Of a stretch of DNA of 64,000 nt, positions 10,981 to 24,873 are shown one piece after another. The notes below the pieces were generated by a model. It saw nothing but the letters and a program-made list of their open reading frames with translations, searched no databases and had not been told where the DNA came from. Source of the stretch: Carcharhinus amblyrhynchos (lineage: Eukaryota); the NCBI GenBank assembly GCA_965287045.1, contig OZ336873.1, positions 55,986,001 through 56,050,000 of the forward strand, read 5' to 3'. Both the position numbers and the translations under genes were made by a program. Numbering within the stretch: position 1 is the first letter of the stretch; the number at the start of each line of letters is the position of its first letter.

Positions 10981-11710
10981 ATTTTGATTTTGATTTGATT
11001 TATTATTGTCACATGATTTAATATGCAGTGAAAAGTATTGTTTCATGCGCACTGTGTAGACAAAGCATACTGTTCATAGAAAAGGAAAGGAAAGAGTGCA
11101 GAATGTAGTGTTACATTCATAGCTAGGGTGTAGAGAAAGATTAACTTAATGCAAGGTAAGTCCATTCAAAAGTCTGAAAGCAGCAGGGAAGAAACTTCTT
11201 GAGTCACATTGGTACGTGACTTCAGACTTTTGTATTTTCTTCCCGATGGAAGAAGGTGGAAAAGAGAATGTCCGGAGTGTGTGGAGTCCTTAATTATGCT
11301 GGTTGCTTTGCCGAGGCAGTGGGAAGTGTAGACAGAGTCAATGGATGGGAGGCTGGTTTGCATGATGGATTGGGCTGCATTCATGACTTTTTGTAGTTCC
11401 GTGCATCTTGGGCAGAGCAGGACCCAGCAAGATGTGATACAACCAGAAAGAATGCTTTCCATGGTGCATCTGTAAAAGTTGGTGAGTTTTGTAGCTGACA
11501 TGCCAAATTTCCTTAGTCTTCTGAGGAAGCCGAGGCGTTGGTGGGCTTTCTTAACTATAGTGTCAGCATGGGGGGACCAGGACAGGTTGTTGGTGATCTG
11601 GACATCTCGAAACTTGAAACTCTTGACCCATCCACGTTGATGTAGACAGGGGCATGTTCTCCGGTACGCTTGCTGAAGTCAATAACAATCTCCTCTGTTT
11701 TGTTGATATT
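10981..11710 (-). mobile_element. Rex1/Babar-type LINE 3' fragment
   Basis: LTNFYRCTMESILSGCIT..LPSIDSVYTSHC..IIKDSTHSGHSLFHLLPSGRKYKSL, ending in aataaatcaaatcaaaatc repeats. Confidence 0.8.
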
Positions 11711-13514
11711 GCCTGCCAATGGCAGAGTGATGAAAATTGGAGATGGAGCAGAGGCTACAACTAAAGTAGACTCAAGCTCCTAGAGGTTTTTGAAGGCTAG
11801 GTTGCGAATTTTAAACTAATGGTGCTGTAGCACCGGAAGGCAACGTTGATCAGCAAGTATGGAGTGATGAATTCACAGGACGTGGGATGGGTTATATACA
11901 TGTACACAAATTCATATATGCACACACAATACACATTCACAAATAACCACGTGCATGTGCAGAAACATAGGTATATTCACACTCACTCATGAATAGTCAC
12001 TTTGTCGTAGAAAACTTTAGAATTGCTGATGATATAAGTTGAGATGTGATATTCTTTTGAATCTGTCCTGGCAAGTTAAAGACAAAAAGCTTGAACAGCA
12101 TATTTCTTTTTCAGCAATGCTCATGAATGGAAAGACTTACATTTTTGCAGCAATTTGCATGACTTCAGGATGCCCCAAAACATTTTTCCAGCCAATGAAG
12201 AGTAACCACTGCTATAATTTTTTATTCATTTACAGCGTGTTTGCATCATTGGCCAGATCAGCATTTATTGCCCATTCCTAGTTGTCCTTCAGAAGATGGT
12301 GGTGAGCTGCCTTCTTGAACTGCTACAGTCACTGATCTGTAGGTACTCCCACAGTGCTGTTAGGAAGGGAATTCCATGATTTTGACCCAGCGGTAGTGGA
12401 GCAGTGATATATTTTGAAATCAGAATGGTGTGTGACTAGGAATACATTCGCAAGCTCATATCGACACAGGTACTCAAATAGGCATTCACACACATACACA
12501 AACTTGTTCATATATGTAAACATACACCCATCTGTAGACAGACATGCAGATATACAGGCAGGGAAATTGTGAAACACTTAAATGGAAAACAATGTATCAA
12601 TCTTCTTCCTTACTCAAACAGCATGTTTATATTCCCACATTCCTTCTGTTTTATGCACATTTTGTCCACAATATTTTGCTTGTTCAGGTTTCCATCCCAC
12701 TATAGCGACCCTGGAGAAGTTCACAAATGAAATTCTCTGTGCTGATGACTACACACCCTCTTCATTGCAAAGACTGTCTTCTATTACCCCTGTGATATTG
12801 TCAGCCGTCACCCCATCTCAATCCTCGAAGCTGGAACAGATTTGTATTTCCATTGCAGAAATACAAATCTGGAGAGATATGAAATGGACTGCCCACCCGC
12901 TTACACCACTATACACAGTGACAATTACACCAATGTATTCCTGGCTGACTTCTTCCACCCTGCTGACTTCCAGTTTGCATAAATATAATTTCTTGCACCA
13001 AGTCTTGTACAACATTTATTCTTAATCTGGCTGACCTACAATTGTTCCCCAAACCCTCGTGTCTCAAATGTAAAATTCTCATATTTAGTTAGATTTAGTC
13101 TTGACCGTGATCTTCCCCACCTCAGGAACTCGCCCAGCCAATCACCCCCCACCCGCCACCTCCCACCCCATTATTCATTCCCTATCTGCGGAACGTAATG
13201 CATTACCTAACCTCTTATCTTCATTGCCCAGACCTTATTCTCTTTCTAAACCTGTTTCCTGCACTTCTTCTGTTCTGTTAACATTGTCTTTATTTTCCAG
13301 GGCATAGAATCCCTACAGTGCAAAAGCCTATCCGGTCCATCAAGTCTGCACAGACTCTTCAACAGAGCAGTTTACCTAGGCCCTATCCCCATAATCCCAT
13401 GTTTTTACCCTGTTATTCCCGCTTACCCACACACCCTGGGACTCTGAAGGACTATTTAACAATACCAATCCACCTAACCTGTTAGAGCCACATCCTCAAT
13501 CAAACTTACTCACA

Positions 13515-14680
13515 GAGGTTGATAGCATGGAAACAGGCCCTTTGGGCCAACTTGTCCATGCCATGCAGTTTTTACCACTAAGCTAGTCCCAATTGCCCAC
13601 ATTTGGCCCATATCTCTCTTACCTATCTTACCCATGTAAATGTCTAAATACTTTTTAAAACACCAAATTGTATCTGGCTCTACTATTACCTCAAAAAGCT
13701 TATTCCAGATGCTCACCACCATTTGAGTGAAAATATTTCCCCTCTTGACCCTTTCGTATCTCTCCCCTTTCACCATAATCCTATGCCCTCGAGCTTTAGA
13801 TTTCCCTACATTTTGGAAAATATGTTGACTACCTATCCCCCTCATTATTTTATAGACGTCTATAAGATCACCTCTGAGCCCCCTGCGCTCTAGGGGTAAA
13901 AAGTCCCAGTCTATCCAACCTCTCCTTATAACTCAAACCATCAAGTCCTGGTTAGAATCCTAGTAAATATTTTCTGCACTCTTTCTAGTTTAATAATATC
14001 CTTTCTATAATAGGGTGATCAGAACTATACACAGTATTCCAAGTGTGGCCTTACTAATGTCCTGTACAACTTCAATGAGATATCCCAACTCCTGTATTTA
14101 ATGTTCTGACCAATGAAAGCAAGCACACCGAATGCCTACATCAACACCCTGTCCACCTGTGACTCCACTTTCTAGGAGTTATATACTTGTACTCCTAGAT
14201 CTCTTTGTTCCATAACTCTACCATTAACTGAGAAAGTCATGCCCTGATTTGAGCTACTGAAATGCATCAGCTCACATTTATCTAAATTAAGCTCCATCCT
14301 GCCATACATTAACCCAATAGTGTAACTGATCAAGATGCTGTTGCAATCCTAGATAATCTTCTTCACTGTGCCATTATGCCACCAATCCTAGTGTCATCTA
14401 CAAACTCACTATCCATGCCTCTTAAATTGTCATCCAAATCATTAATATAAATGATAAATTACAGTGGAACCAGCACTCGTCCTGAGGCACACCACTGGTC
14501 ACAGGCCTCCAATTTGAAAAACAACCCTCTACAGCTGCAGTCTGTCTTCTGTCATCAAGCTAATTTTGTATCCAATTGGCTACATTACACTGGATCCCAT
14601 GAGATTTAACCTTATGCAACCATGTGATACCTTGTCAAAGGCCATGTAGGCAACATCAACTGCACTGTCCTCATCTATCT
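13515..14680 (-). mobile_element. Degenerate CR1 LINE, flanked by V-SINE pieces (~13305-13480 minus, ~14675-14885 plus)
   Basis: KARGHRIMVKGERY..RGNIFTQMVVSIWNKL; decayed RT motifs; 3' tail gcatggaaacaggccctttgggcc on the + strand. Confidence 0.8.
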
Positions 14681-15409
14681 GTGTTGGCGTGGCTTTCCTC
14701 CGAGTGCTCCGGTTTCCTCCCAACTCCAAAAATGTGCGGGTTAGGTTAGTTAGCCGTGCTAAATTGTCCCTTAGTGTCAGGGGACTAGCAGAGTAAAGAT
14801 GTGGGGTTATGGAGATAGGTAGGACTGTGTCGGTGCAGGCTCAATGGGCCAAATAACCACCTTCTCCACTGTACAAATTCTATGACAAAGTGTTCTAATT
14901 GGGGGGTTAACTTATTGTTTCTTTTGACAGAAGGCGATTTGCCCATTGAGCATTTCCAATATGTTCTCTTTTACATTACATACAATTGCACTGAGTCTAC
15001 AGCAAATACAGACAATTCGGCCCAATTGATATATGCTGGCATTTATGCATCTCTCCCTCTCTTCAGTTATCCCGACCAACATATTTCCGTCTGCCTCATC
15101 TGCGTTTCATGCTTCTCTCTTAAATGTGTCTACACCATTCCCCTGAATGGCCCCTACTTCTACTGTGTTCCATATTCTTACCACTTACTTCGTATAGAAG
15201 CTTCTCATGAATTCTCGACTGGATATATTTATATCTGTTGTATGTTTCTATCCTCAGGTTTCGGATTCCCTCACAAGTGGACTCAGTTTCTCTACATCAG
15301 ACCTATTAACGCTGTTCATAATTTCAATGACCTCCGTCGGGTCTCCCTTTAGCTTCCATTTTTTCACTCATTTGCAATGCTTCCAGTGTTGGCCAATATT
15401 CACTGATTA

Positions 15410-15790
15410 ACACTCACTCCTCCCTGAGAAAGTTGTGTTTTCAAGCCGTACTCCGGGACCTGGCCACCAAGGATTTAGATTGACATTCCAGTGCAGTGCT
15501 GAGCGAGTGCTGCATTGTCCGAGGTGCTGTCTCCACAATGCGACGTTAAACCTAGGCCCCATCTGCATTCGTGGGTGACTGTTAAAGACGTCATGCCACT
15601 AGTTTGGTGAAGAGCAGAGTTATCGTCAGTGCTCTGATCAACTTCATCACTCAATCAACATCTCAAAAAAATAAGTTTTTTGGACGTTTGTTGTGCACAC
15701 GTTCCCTTATCACGGCAATGGCCACACTTCACAAGTTGTCTGCAAACGGCTATGGCAAATTCGGTTTAAAAAATTACGAATCATTCCCAG
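15410..15790 (+). mobile_element. Deu-domain SINE (SacSINE1/AmnSINE-like), degenerate
   Basis: tccagtgcagtgctgag...gacgttaaacctaggccccatctgc...aaagacgtcatgccacta...gaagagcag resembles the DeuSINE central domain as I recall it. Weaker copies near 6710-7190 and 45700-45930. Confidence 0.7.
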
Positions 15791-17522
15791 TTACCGAGAC
15801 CGTTGGTACTTGTTAATAACTGAAAAAATATCTAGCAGCTCTTTCTAGCGAAATCTTACCTACCTTAACAAAACATTTCTTCCCCAAGAACAGGGAGCAT
15901 CCTCCAAATATCTTCACAACACTGCTAACCCAGATTGACCAGAGGGATCGCTGTTTCCCACAAATTGTTGCTGGGCCGGAGTGATAATTGTCGGAATTGT
16001 ACACCGGATATTGCTCCGGAATATCTCATTACTCTCAATGTGTAAATTGTGGTCCAAATGTTCACCTTCAAATAACATTCATTTTAATCTCCTATCTGTT
16101 AATGTGAATTTGCACGCTTATTGTAAAATTTTGAATTGAAAAGCGATGTGCGCACTGGTGACGGACGTGTGTCTTGCCTTTGGCACTGTCACAGCTTGAA
16201 ATACTGCCCAAGAATGACCATCAGCATTATAACCAATAGACTCACTCAATACCGAGCGCTATTAAAGGGCAACGACATCCGGAGCGCCTGCAAACCAAGA
16301 ACAGTGGAGATATAAGGCCGTTAATATCATTACATCCAGCGAGAATACCAGGAATACACTGGATCCGAGCTTATCAGTGTAGTGACCATTTAACACAAAT
16401 ACTGAATGAAAAAAAAATCAAATTACTGCCTGCTGAAACAGTTCTCATTCGGACTAATACTTCATCAATGTAATAAAAGAATACAACAACTTCAATTGCT
16501 AATAACGTTCTAAAAAAAAGTTACTGGGTTATGAAACAGGACAAATGAACAAGAGTTTCCGAAAAAGAAGTGAACATTTGTAATTTACAAATTCGGATCT
16601 GAACAGAAAGAGGAGCCACTTCTGCGGGTTAATGCCGTATCTTTTAAAGGTGCTTCATACATGCCGACCGTCCTTCACTGTTTGGACCCTAGGTCCAATT
16701 TTCATGCTGTTTTTCCAGGAAAGTCGCTGAGAAGGATGGACAGAATTTACACTCCATCGAGTCAAGCCTCGGATGAATGGGGCGAATTTGGGAGGGAAGG
16801 AAAATGATTTTGTTTTTTAAATATTGATTACTATTTTATTTCAGTGGCCTATAATTTAGCACAAATGTTTAGGGCAGATCATCTAACATTGTGCCTCATT
16901 GGATCTTTTCAAATTTCTTCGTTTTCAAACATTATTTATCATGGAGTTAGAAATTAAATGGACCCCTGAACAGAGAAAGAGAAGTAACAGACATAAATGT
17001 GTATAGTAGAATCACTGGGCTATAGAGCATAGAGAGAAGTCATTTGGCCCATGTTGCCTGTGTTGGTTCTTTGAAAGATTTATATAATTGGTCTCACCAT
17101 TGGTCTTTCTCCAAAGCCCTGGATCTAAATTTTTAAATATGTATCCTAGTCCCAATAATAAAATTATTGTTGCTTCTTCCAGATAGGGAATTCCGGATCG
17201 TAGCATTTTAGCTCGGAAAACATTTTTTTCCCTTCCGATCTTGCTCTTTTGACCATTTTCTTGAATTTGGTCCTTTGGTTACTGAATCATAGTTTATCCT
17301 GTTACACAATCTGATGACCATACAGCGTAGGAATCCATTTGTTCAGTGTGTTAGGTTGATTCTGCAGATGTAATCCAGTTTGTCTAATTGACCTATTTAT
17401 TCATTTACCTTTAAAAAATATGGATAATCTTTTACAATAACAAGTTGTAAACTTAAATAGATGTTTGTAAATCGGTAATCTAACTCCAAGGCTGGCTGGA
17501 TATTGATACTAGATGCAAAACC

Positions 17523-17954
17523 CTATGCAGTTGTCTCATTCCTGCACTCTTCACTAATTCGTTGATATTTTACCACGTCTTTTGTGTAGTTGATCTCTGA
17601 AACATCCAGAACTTGCAACTCAAGGGGCACGAGGATCGTTGAGCCGGTTCCATTCCCAATTCTCCTTCCCGACAGTTTACTGACCTTATGGTCAGATTCT
17701 TTGAAAATCACAGTGAAGAATTAGAGGGCTTCGCCACACTTCTTGTTTGCAAGATTTATCTTTCGCTTCTGAGTCGTTCAAGAGTTCTTCGTTATCCTGT
17801 TGGGTCTTTCATTGATTCCTCTTGAAAATGCAGGAAGATGCAGTACCAGGCGATGTTTGTTTGCTTGAGTGCAACTTTAAGTGGAGAGGATTTTGCTAAT
17901 TGTGAAATCCCCCAACAGCCATGAGAAAGCCAATATAAATACGGAAATATACAT
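17523..17954 (-). pseudogene. Decayed paralogous leader+V(J) segment of the same IgSF family
   Basis: MYISVFILAFSWLLG, frameshift, SSPLKVALKQTNIAWYCIFLHFQ (cf. NASMLCTFPLFQ), stop, QKRKINL..*FFTVIFKESD (cf. LLNVTFADSG), KVSKLSGRRIGNGTGSTILV (cf. KIGDGSGSQLTV). The WW and YYC motifs are lost. Confidence 0.6.
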
Positions 17955-20074
17955 CTGTGGCAGTGCAATCCCCAGAATCAGAATACATTTGAAGCATTCA
18001 GGACAATTCAAGTTGACTGAATGCAAGCAACAAATGACATCCAATAGTTCGGATTTTGTGGGTTCAGACCAGAATAGGTCAGAGATCAGTGACATCGTGT
18101 GTAGAGTGGGGAGTTTTGCTGATGGTTGCACTACGTACAAAATCATTAACAACTCCTCAGGCACTGAAGCAACACTTGTCTATATGAGACAAGAACAGTA
18201 AAACCTTTGGGCTTTGCTTCATAAGGGGCAAGTGACATTTGCGCCACGCCTCCTGCAAGGCAATAATCATTTCCAAACTGAAATAATAAACCCATCATTC
18301 CTGAGTTTCAAGGGCTATACCATGGCATAATATCCCCCTCCCCCTGCCACAACCACTAAAGCAAACCCCAACTCTAACTATTGTGGATTGTTATTGACAA
18401 GAATACTAATTGACTCAGCCTTGCAAATACTGTGGTTACATGAACAGATAAGAGGCTGGGAATTCTGTGGCAAGTAACTCAACACCTGACATCCCAAATC
18501 CTCTGTATTATTTACTATACACAACTTAATTGTATGATGGAGATTGGCTGGATGAATGTGGTTCCAGAGGCTGGACACTATCAAGGACAAAGTTGTCCAT
18601 TTGATTGGCACCCCATCCATCACTTCACACATTCGCTTCCTCTACCATTTGTCCTAAGAGCAAAAACATCTACACAATGCAATGGGACAACTCGCCAAGT
18701 CTGCACAGACATCATGATCAATTCCAAACCCTATACCTTGACCACCTGGAGAACAAGAGCAGCAGATGCATGGGAATTCCAGACCTGTGCGTTCCTTTCT
18801 GAGTGAAACAACATCTTGACTTGAGACCATATCACCATTTTGTCTCTATCCCTGACCTTAACTCCTGGAACACCCTCCCACCATCACCTCGGAACACCTT
18901 TCAGGTGTTCCTTCATCATATGGACTGCAATGATTTAAGAAACAGCTCACTATCATCTTCTCAAGGGAAATTAGGGATGGATAATTAATGCCTGTTTTGC
19001 CATATCCCTTGAACCAGTAAAATATGTGATGCAACCAATAGAACATTTCCTGTTTTACTTTCAGATTTCCAGTATCCACATCATATTATAACTCAGAAGT
19101 GCTCCCTGATTGGTTGTCCCTTGTGGAGGAATTGTTTTTGGAATGGAAAACAGTAAGTTTGAAGGGCAATAGTGCTTAAAGGGCAAATTGGTTGTAAGGG
19201 GCTTATTAAATGGGCAATATGTTTGGAACATCATTGGTGACCAAGAATGAAAATGCCCTTTCTTAAAAAAACTATTTGTACTGCACCTTGTAAGATAACA
19301 ACCACTCCAGGTGAATCAGCTAAACTTTCTTCTCTGAATGCACAGCTTGCAGGCTTTGCATTTACAATGGCAGCTTTGGAATGAACGCTTGGCTTCCAGG
19401 CTCTTAGCTAAAGTCAGCAAAATTTAATCCATTTGTTAAGAACCCAGTTGATAGAAATTGCTAGGATATTCCAAATCCCAGAAGGCAAACCTGGGATGCT
19501 GGGTGTTTTTTTGCTATTTACTCTAATGCGTGAAAATCAGAGTAGAATACATCAGTCTTATTGTAAGAATCAAAATAAATGCTTATTAACAGTAATATAC
19601 ACAACAAAAAGACAACTGAAACACCAAACACTTAGCTACATTAATAGCCAATCACAATGCCTTTTAACTGATGCACGTTCAAATTTCTCTATTTTCCTAA
19701 CTTTATGGCTAAACCACTCTAAGTAACACCCCATAACTTTTAAAGTATAAGCAAAATCTAGCAATAGTTACCATTTCCAGCACATATATCTCTTGTGGGG
19801 TTACTTCCGAATTAGAATAGAGACAAACTGGCTGTTGAAAGATGTTTCCTCAGGCATTTCTATTATGGGGAGGAACACAACTCCCTGTTGTGTGTGGCTG
19901 TGATGTTCGACCAGTTTTCTGAATAGGATAAACTCTGTCATCGATGTATCACTTTTTCCTCTTGATCTTTTCTTATTTGTATTACCTGTCTTCGAGGTCC
20001 GTCTCAATGACCCTTTTAAAAATAAAGTTTGCCTTTCGCCCTCATCTCTTTTGAACTTTTACACATGGATTTGG

Positions 20075-20325
20075 GCCAGTGTCTGTGGGAGTTTGCGCAT
20101 TCTCCCCGTGCTTGCGTGGGTTTTCTCCGGGTGCTCCAGTTTCCTCCCACACCCCAAAGATGTGCTGTTAGGCTGATTGGCAGGAATAAATTGTCCCTAA
20201 ATCAGATTCCCTCAATCTGGATGGCCATAAAACATTAGACAGGGGTCGTGGGTGGAGAAGGGGACTGGTGGTGTTGAGATGGCGGCGGGGGCTTGTTGGG
20301 CCGAAGGACCTGTTTCCCGGGCTGA
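20075..20325 (+). mobile_element. V-SINE fragment
   Basis: gtctgtgggagtttgcgcattctccccgtgcttgcgtggg core and gggccgaaggacctgtttcc tail. Confidence 0.75.
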
Positions 20326-20849
20326 TTTTGTTCTTTAGTTTTGTTTTAATGCTTGAAATTCTATGCCCCATTGTTATCCACTTCCTGATGTTAAATATCT
20401 GTTGACATTATTACTTGGCTAATCTTCATATCCAAAACCTCAGTTACTTCAGTTCAGTCAACATGTCTTCCTAACCAATTCTCATTTAAATATAGTTTGC
20501 TCCCTTATAACCATGCTCCACCAGAACATATTTTGAATTATTAGATTCCTTATCTTTTATTTTATCACAACTCCTTGACACATTGCTGATTACAAGCTTA
20601 TTTCTCCTGTGAACTAGCTGTGATATAAATGGTTAAACAATAAGCAAGTGAACTATTAAGTCATTAAATTCTGCAGCCAATGCCTTGACCAATTCTCTTT
20701 GTCATCTTTCACCACCTGGTTGTTTTCATACATGGATCAAAGTCAGGTGCAAACGTGAATTTTTAAAATATATTTTGATCCACCCATTAACTTTTTTTAA
20801 AATCAGATTATTTGTTTTGGCTCTTGTGAAGGGGCATGTCTGATAACCA

Positions 20850-23410
20850 GAATAGAAACATCAAAACATAGAAACTGGAAGGAGGAGTAGGCCACTTGGC
20901 CCTTAGAGCCTGTTCTGCCATTCTTCATGATCATGGCTAATCATCAAATTCAATATATTGATCCCCCTTGCCCCCATATCCCTTGATCTCTTTAGCTCCA
21001 AGAGCTATATCTAATTTCTTCTTGAAGTCAGAGTTTTGGCCTCAACTACTTTCTGTGATAGTGAATTCCACACATTCACCACTCTCTGGGTCAGAATTTT
21101 CTCCTCACCCCTGTTCTGAAAGGTTTACCCTTTTCCTCAAATGATGCCTCCCAGTTCTGGGCTCCCCCATTGTTGTGAACATTCTTTCTGAATCTACCCT
21201 GTCAAACCCTATTAAAATTTTATAAGTTTCTAGAAGATACCCTCTTACTCTTTTAAACTTCAATGAATATAATCCTAACCAACTTAGTTTCTCCTGATAC
21301 ATTAGACCTGCCATCCCAGGAGTCAGCCTGATAAAACTTTGTTGTACCTTTGTTGATGCTATAACAAGAGCATCTTCCTTAGATAGGGATACCAGAACTG
21401 TACACATTACTCCAGGTGTGGCCTCTCCAAAGTCCTGTACAATTGCAGTTAAACATCCCTATTCCAATCATCTCGCTATGAAGGTCAACATGCCATTGCC
21501 TTCTTTACGGCCTGCTGTACCTGCACACATACTTTCAGTGACTGATGTATGTGAACGTTAAGGTCTGGAATATCCACTTTACTCAATTTACATCCATTTA
21601 ATTATTAATCTGTCTTCCTATTATTGCTACCAAAGTGGATAACCTTACATTTAGTCACATTATGCTGCATCTATCATGCATATACCCATAAACTCAACGT
21701 GCCCAAATCACACGGAAACATCTCTGCATTCTCCTCACAGCTCACCCTCCCACCCAAATTTGTGCCATCTGCAAGTTTGGAGACAGTACATTTAGTTTCC
21801 TCTTCCAAATCATTAATATATAATATGAACAGTTGGAGTCCTAGCAGAGATCCCTGCAGTAGTCCACTATTCACCATATGCCAAGCAGAAAAAGACACAT
21901 TTATTCCAACTCCTTGCTTCTGTCTGCTAACCTGCTTTTGATCCATCACAAGACATTTAACTGTATGTAATAGTCTGTTATGTGAGGCCTTGTCGAAAGC
22001 CTTCTGAAAGTCTAAGTAAGCCACACCCACTGGTTCTCCTCAGTCAACTCTACTACTTAAACCTTCAAAGTGTAGAAGCTAAAAAGTTCAGATTGAAGTT
22101 TCATAGTTGAAAGTTAAATTGTATGAAAGTTAAAATGTTCAAATTAAAGTTTTATGCTTTCTCCATACAGTAGTGAAAAATGTTTATCAGCTTACTGATC
22201 TTCAAAGGGAGTCAGTCTCTGCTATTTTTTCATAGGCCCCATAACATTTTCCTTTTTTGGCCCTCATCAGAAGGTGAACAATACCAGATTTTTTCCATAA
22301 CAAATACCAAAGGCAAGATATGAGGATATGCTATGCCAATGAACAATTAACAAAAGTCAATGTTTCATCGAATGAGAAAGGGTGAAAAGCCAGGAGCTTT
22401 TTCTTTGTGAACTCAGAACTGCCCTGGCCATTCCATGTTGGGTGGAGAGATTTATCCTTTGCACAAGTAATTAAAGACATTGCATTGGGTGCCTGTGTCC
22501 AGCGCTGTTTGTGTAAAGAGCCAATTGAACACCTTTAGATTGTTGTTACTCAGAGATTCTTTAAGCATGATTTCTCCTGTGTACATTCAAGCTGACTTAG
22601 TTTAATTTACCACAACCTTCCAAATGCTGAGTTATTAAATCCTTGATGAAGGACTCAAGCAATTTCCCCAGTACTAGTGTTTGGCTCACTGATCTACAGT
22701 TCACTGTTTTCTCTCTACCTTCCTATTATGTTTAATATTGGGCTTATATTAAACAGTAATATTGGGCTTATATTAGCTACCCTCCAATCTGTAGGAAACA
22801 GTGTAGAGTCCAAAGAGTTTTGGAAAATAACCACCAATGAACCTACTATTTCCATGGATAATTCCTTAAGCACACTGAGATGAAGATCATCAGGCCCTGA
22901 AGATTTACCCACCTTCAATCCCATCAATTTCTCCAAAGCCATTTCTCTACTCTTGCTGATTTCCTTGAATTCCTGACTGAAACTTGTTTCCTTGACCACT
23001 TCTTTGTTCCCTTTATGAGTTCTCCTGTTTCTGACTGTAAGGGGCCTACATTCGTTTTTACAATCTTTTTCTCTGTACATATCTGTAGAAACTTTTACAG
23101 TCAGCTTTTATGTTCCTCACTAGCTTACTTCCATACTCTATTTTCCACTTGTTAATCAATCCTTGGTCCTCTTTTGCTGAATTTTAAACTGCGCCCTATT
23201 GACAGGACTATTGCTTTTTCTTGCCAATTTGTATGCTTCTTTCTTGAATCTAATATTATTTCTAATTTCCCTTGTAAGCATAGATTGGCCACAGTTCCCT
23301 TACCACTCTTGCGCCAGATAGGAATAAATAGTTTCTGGGGTTCACCTATTCGTTTCTTAAATGCCTGCCATAATCTGTTCACTGTCTTTCCCTTCAGTAA
23401 TGTTTCACAG
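20850..23410 (-). mobile_element. Degenerate CR1 LINE ORF2, interrupted at ~22070-22560
   Basis: YLDFQKAFDKASH, SGLLQGSLLGLQLFILYINDL, SKLADGTNLGG, KSSGPDDLHLSVLKE, DWRVANISP. Confidence 0.9.
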
Positions 23411-23790
23411 TCTATCATGGAATGTAACATGAAGGGATAGAGTGTACCAATACAATACTGCACCAGCAAATGGGAGCAGAGTAGGAAACATGGTACAAGG
23501 ACAAAATTTGATATAATTGTGGTTTCCAAAGTAGAATTGGACAATTATCTGGCGAGAGAAAATGTAGGGCTTCGGAGAATAGTGCATGAAGTGGGACGAG
23601 GAGAGTTGCTCTTGCAAACAGCTGGCATGGACATGACAGGCAAAAGGCCCTTTCTTGTGCTTCAAACATTTTATTATATGACTCTAAGTGAATTTTACCT
23701 GAACGCATGAAAGATTCATTTCAAGGTAGATGAAGTGACGGCACGAGTAGAAACAAATTGATGTTACATGGTTATCTTTATGGAAACATA

Positions 23791-24873
23791 GGCTGTGATT
23801 CTCCCATCATGGCCCACAACTTTTCTGTTGGGTTGCAGTGAGAGATGTGTGTCATCATCATTGAACAGGGATTTGCACATGCGCCAGGAACACATGCACA
23901 TCTCCCAGAGCTGGCGAACAGTCACTGATCAGACCATGCAGGAAACCAACGGGAAGGCAGGTAAGTACTTAAATCTTTTTTTTATTTTGTTTTAAATATG
24001 TTTATTAGTTCATAATCAGGACCTTTCAGCTCCTGATTGAATCTCCCATCCCGCCAGGAATACTTCATTCCGGCAGGGTTCAGGCCAGCTCCCACGTTCA
24101 GGGAACTAGCGGGATGCCCTGCTGGAATGAAGGGGGGTGGGCACTTGGGGCTCCCCAGTGGGTTGGACGGCAGTGGATGGTGCCTTCTGGGCATGGGCAC
24201 ACTGGCAGTGCCAGCATGTTCCCCAGGGGGTACCTTAGCACTGCTAATTGAGCATCGGGCAGTGCCAACAGAGACGGGCTTATTGTGGGCAAGGACCAGG
24301 GGTCATCAGTGGGGGTAGGTGTCCCACTGCCACTCTGCAGACAGTATCAGTCTGGGATGGAGGGAGGGCAGTGATTGGAGTAGGATGGAGGAGGATGGTC
24401 TCCTGGGGTGGGGGGGGCTGCCTCTGGTGAGGTTTTGGGGGGTTGGGGTCTGCCAAGGTGAGGGGGCTGAGGGGATCGTCACTGTTCGGGAGAGGGGTGG
24501 CCTGTGCAACGTGCACTCCAGGACAAGGTTGTGGGGGGAGTGATGGTGGCCAGGGCCGGCATGGGAATTGTTGTGGGGACCACGATCGGGCTGTGGGGGG
24601 CAATAAGGGCAGTACAGGGCTGGCCAGAGATTGGGCTGTCTGGCAAATGGGTAGTCTGACAGATTGGAACAACTGTGCATGCGCAGAGTTCCAGAGTGGT
24701 CAAACTCTGGCATGAATAGGCCCTGCCCACCCCTAGGTTTTTAATGAGATTCACATCTGGAACTTCTGCAGTGCACAGAGTGTCGAGATTCGGGTGAGAA
24801 GCTGAACTGACAAAACAGTTGGGATTTAGAACACTTTTCCCACAAATTCAGCACTTCTGGGAGAATTGTCACC
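23791..24873. mobile_element. GC-rich non-autonomous element with short terminal inverted repeats (MITE-like)
   Basis: Starts ggctgtgattctccca and ends tgggagaattgtcacc; no credible coding frame. An internal segment recurs inverted at ~24950-25130. Confidence 0.6.

Noticed and set aside
17709-17745. CACAGTG in the V pseudogene as a recombination signal
   Set aside because: No nonamer at 12 or 23 bp spacing.
24037-24754. Overlapping Pro/Gly-rich ORFs, also at 27992-28493 and 29998-30822
   Set aside because: By-products of GC-rich non-autonomous repeats; no domain motifs or splice support.
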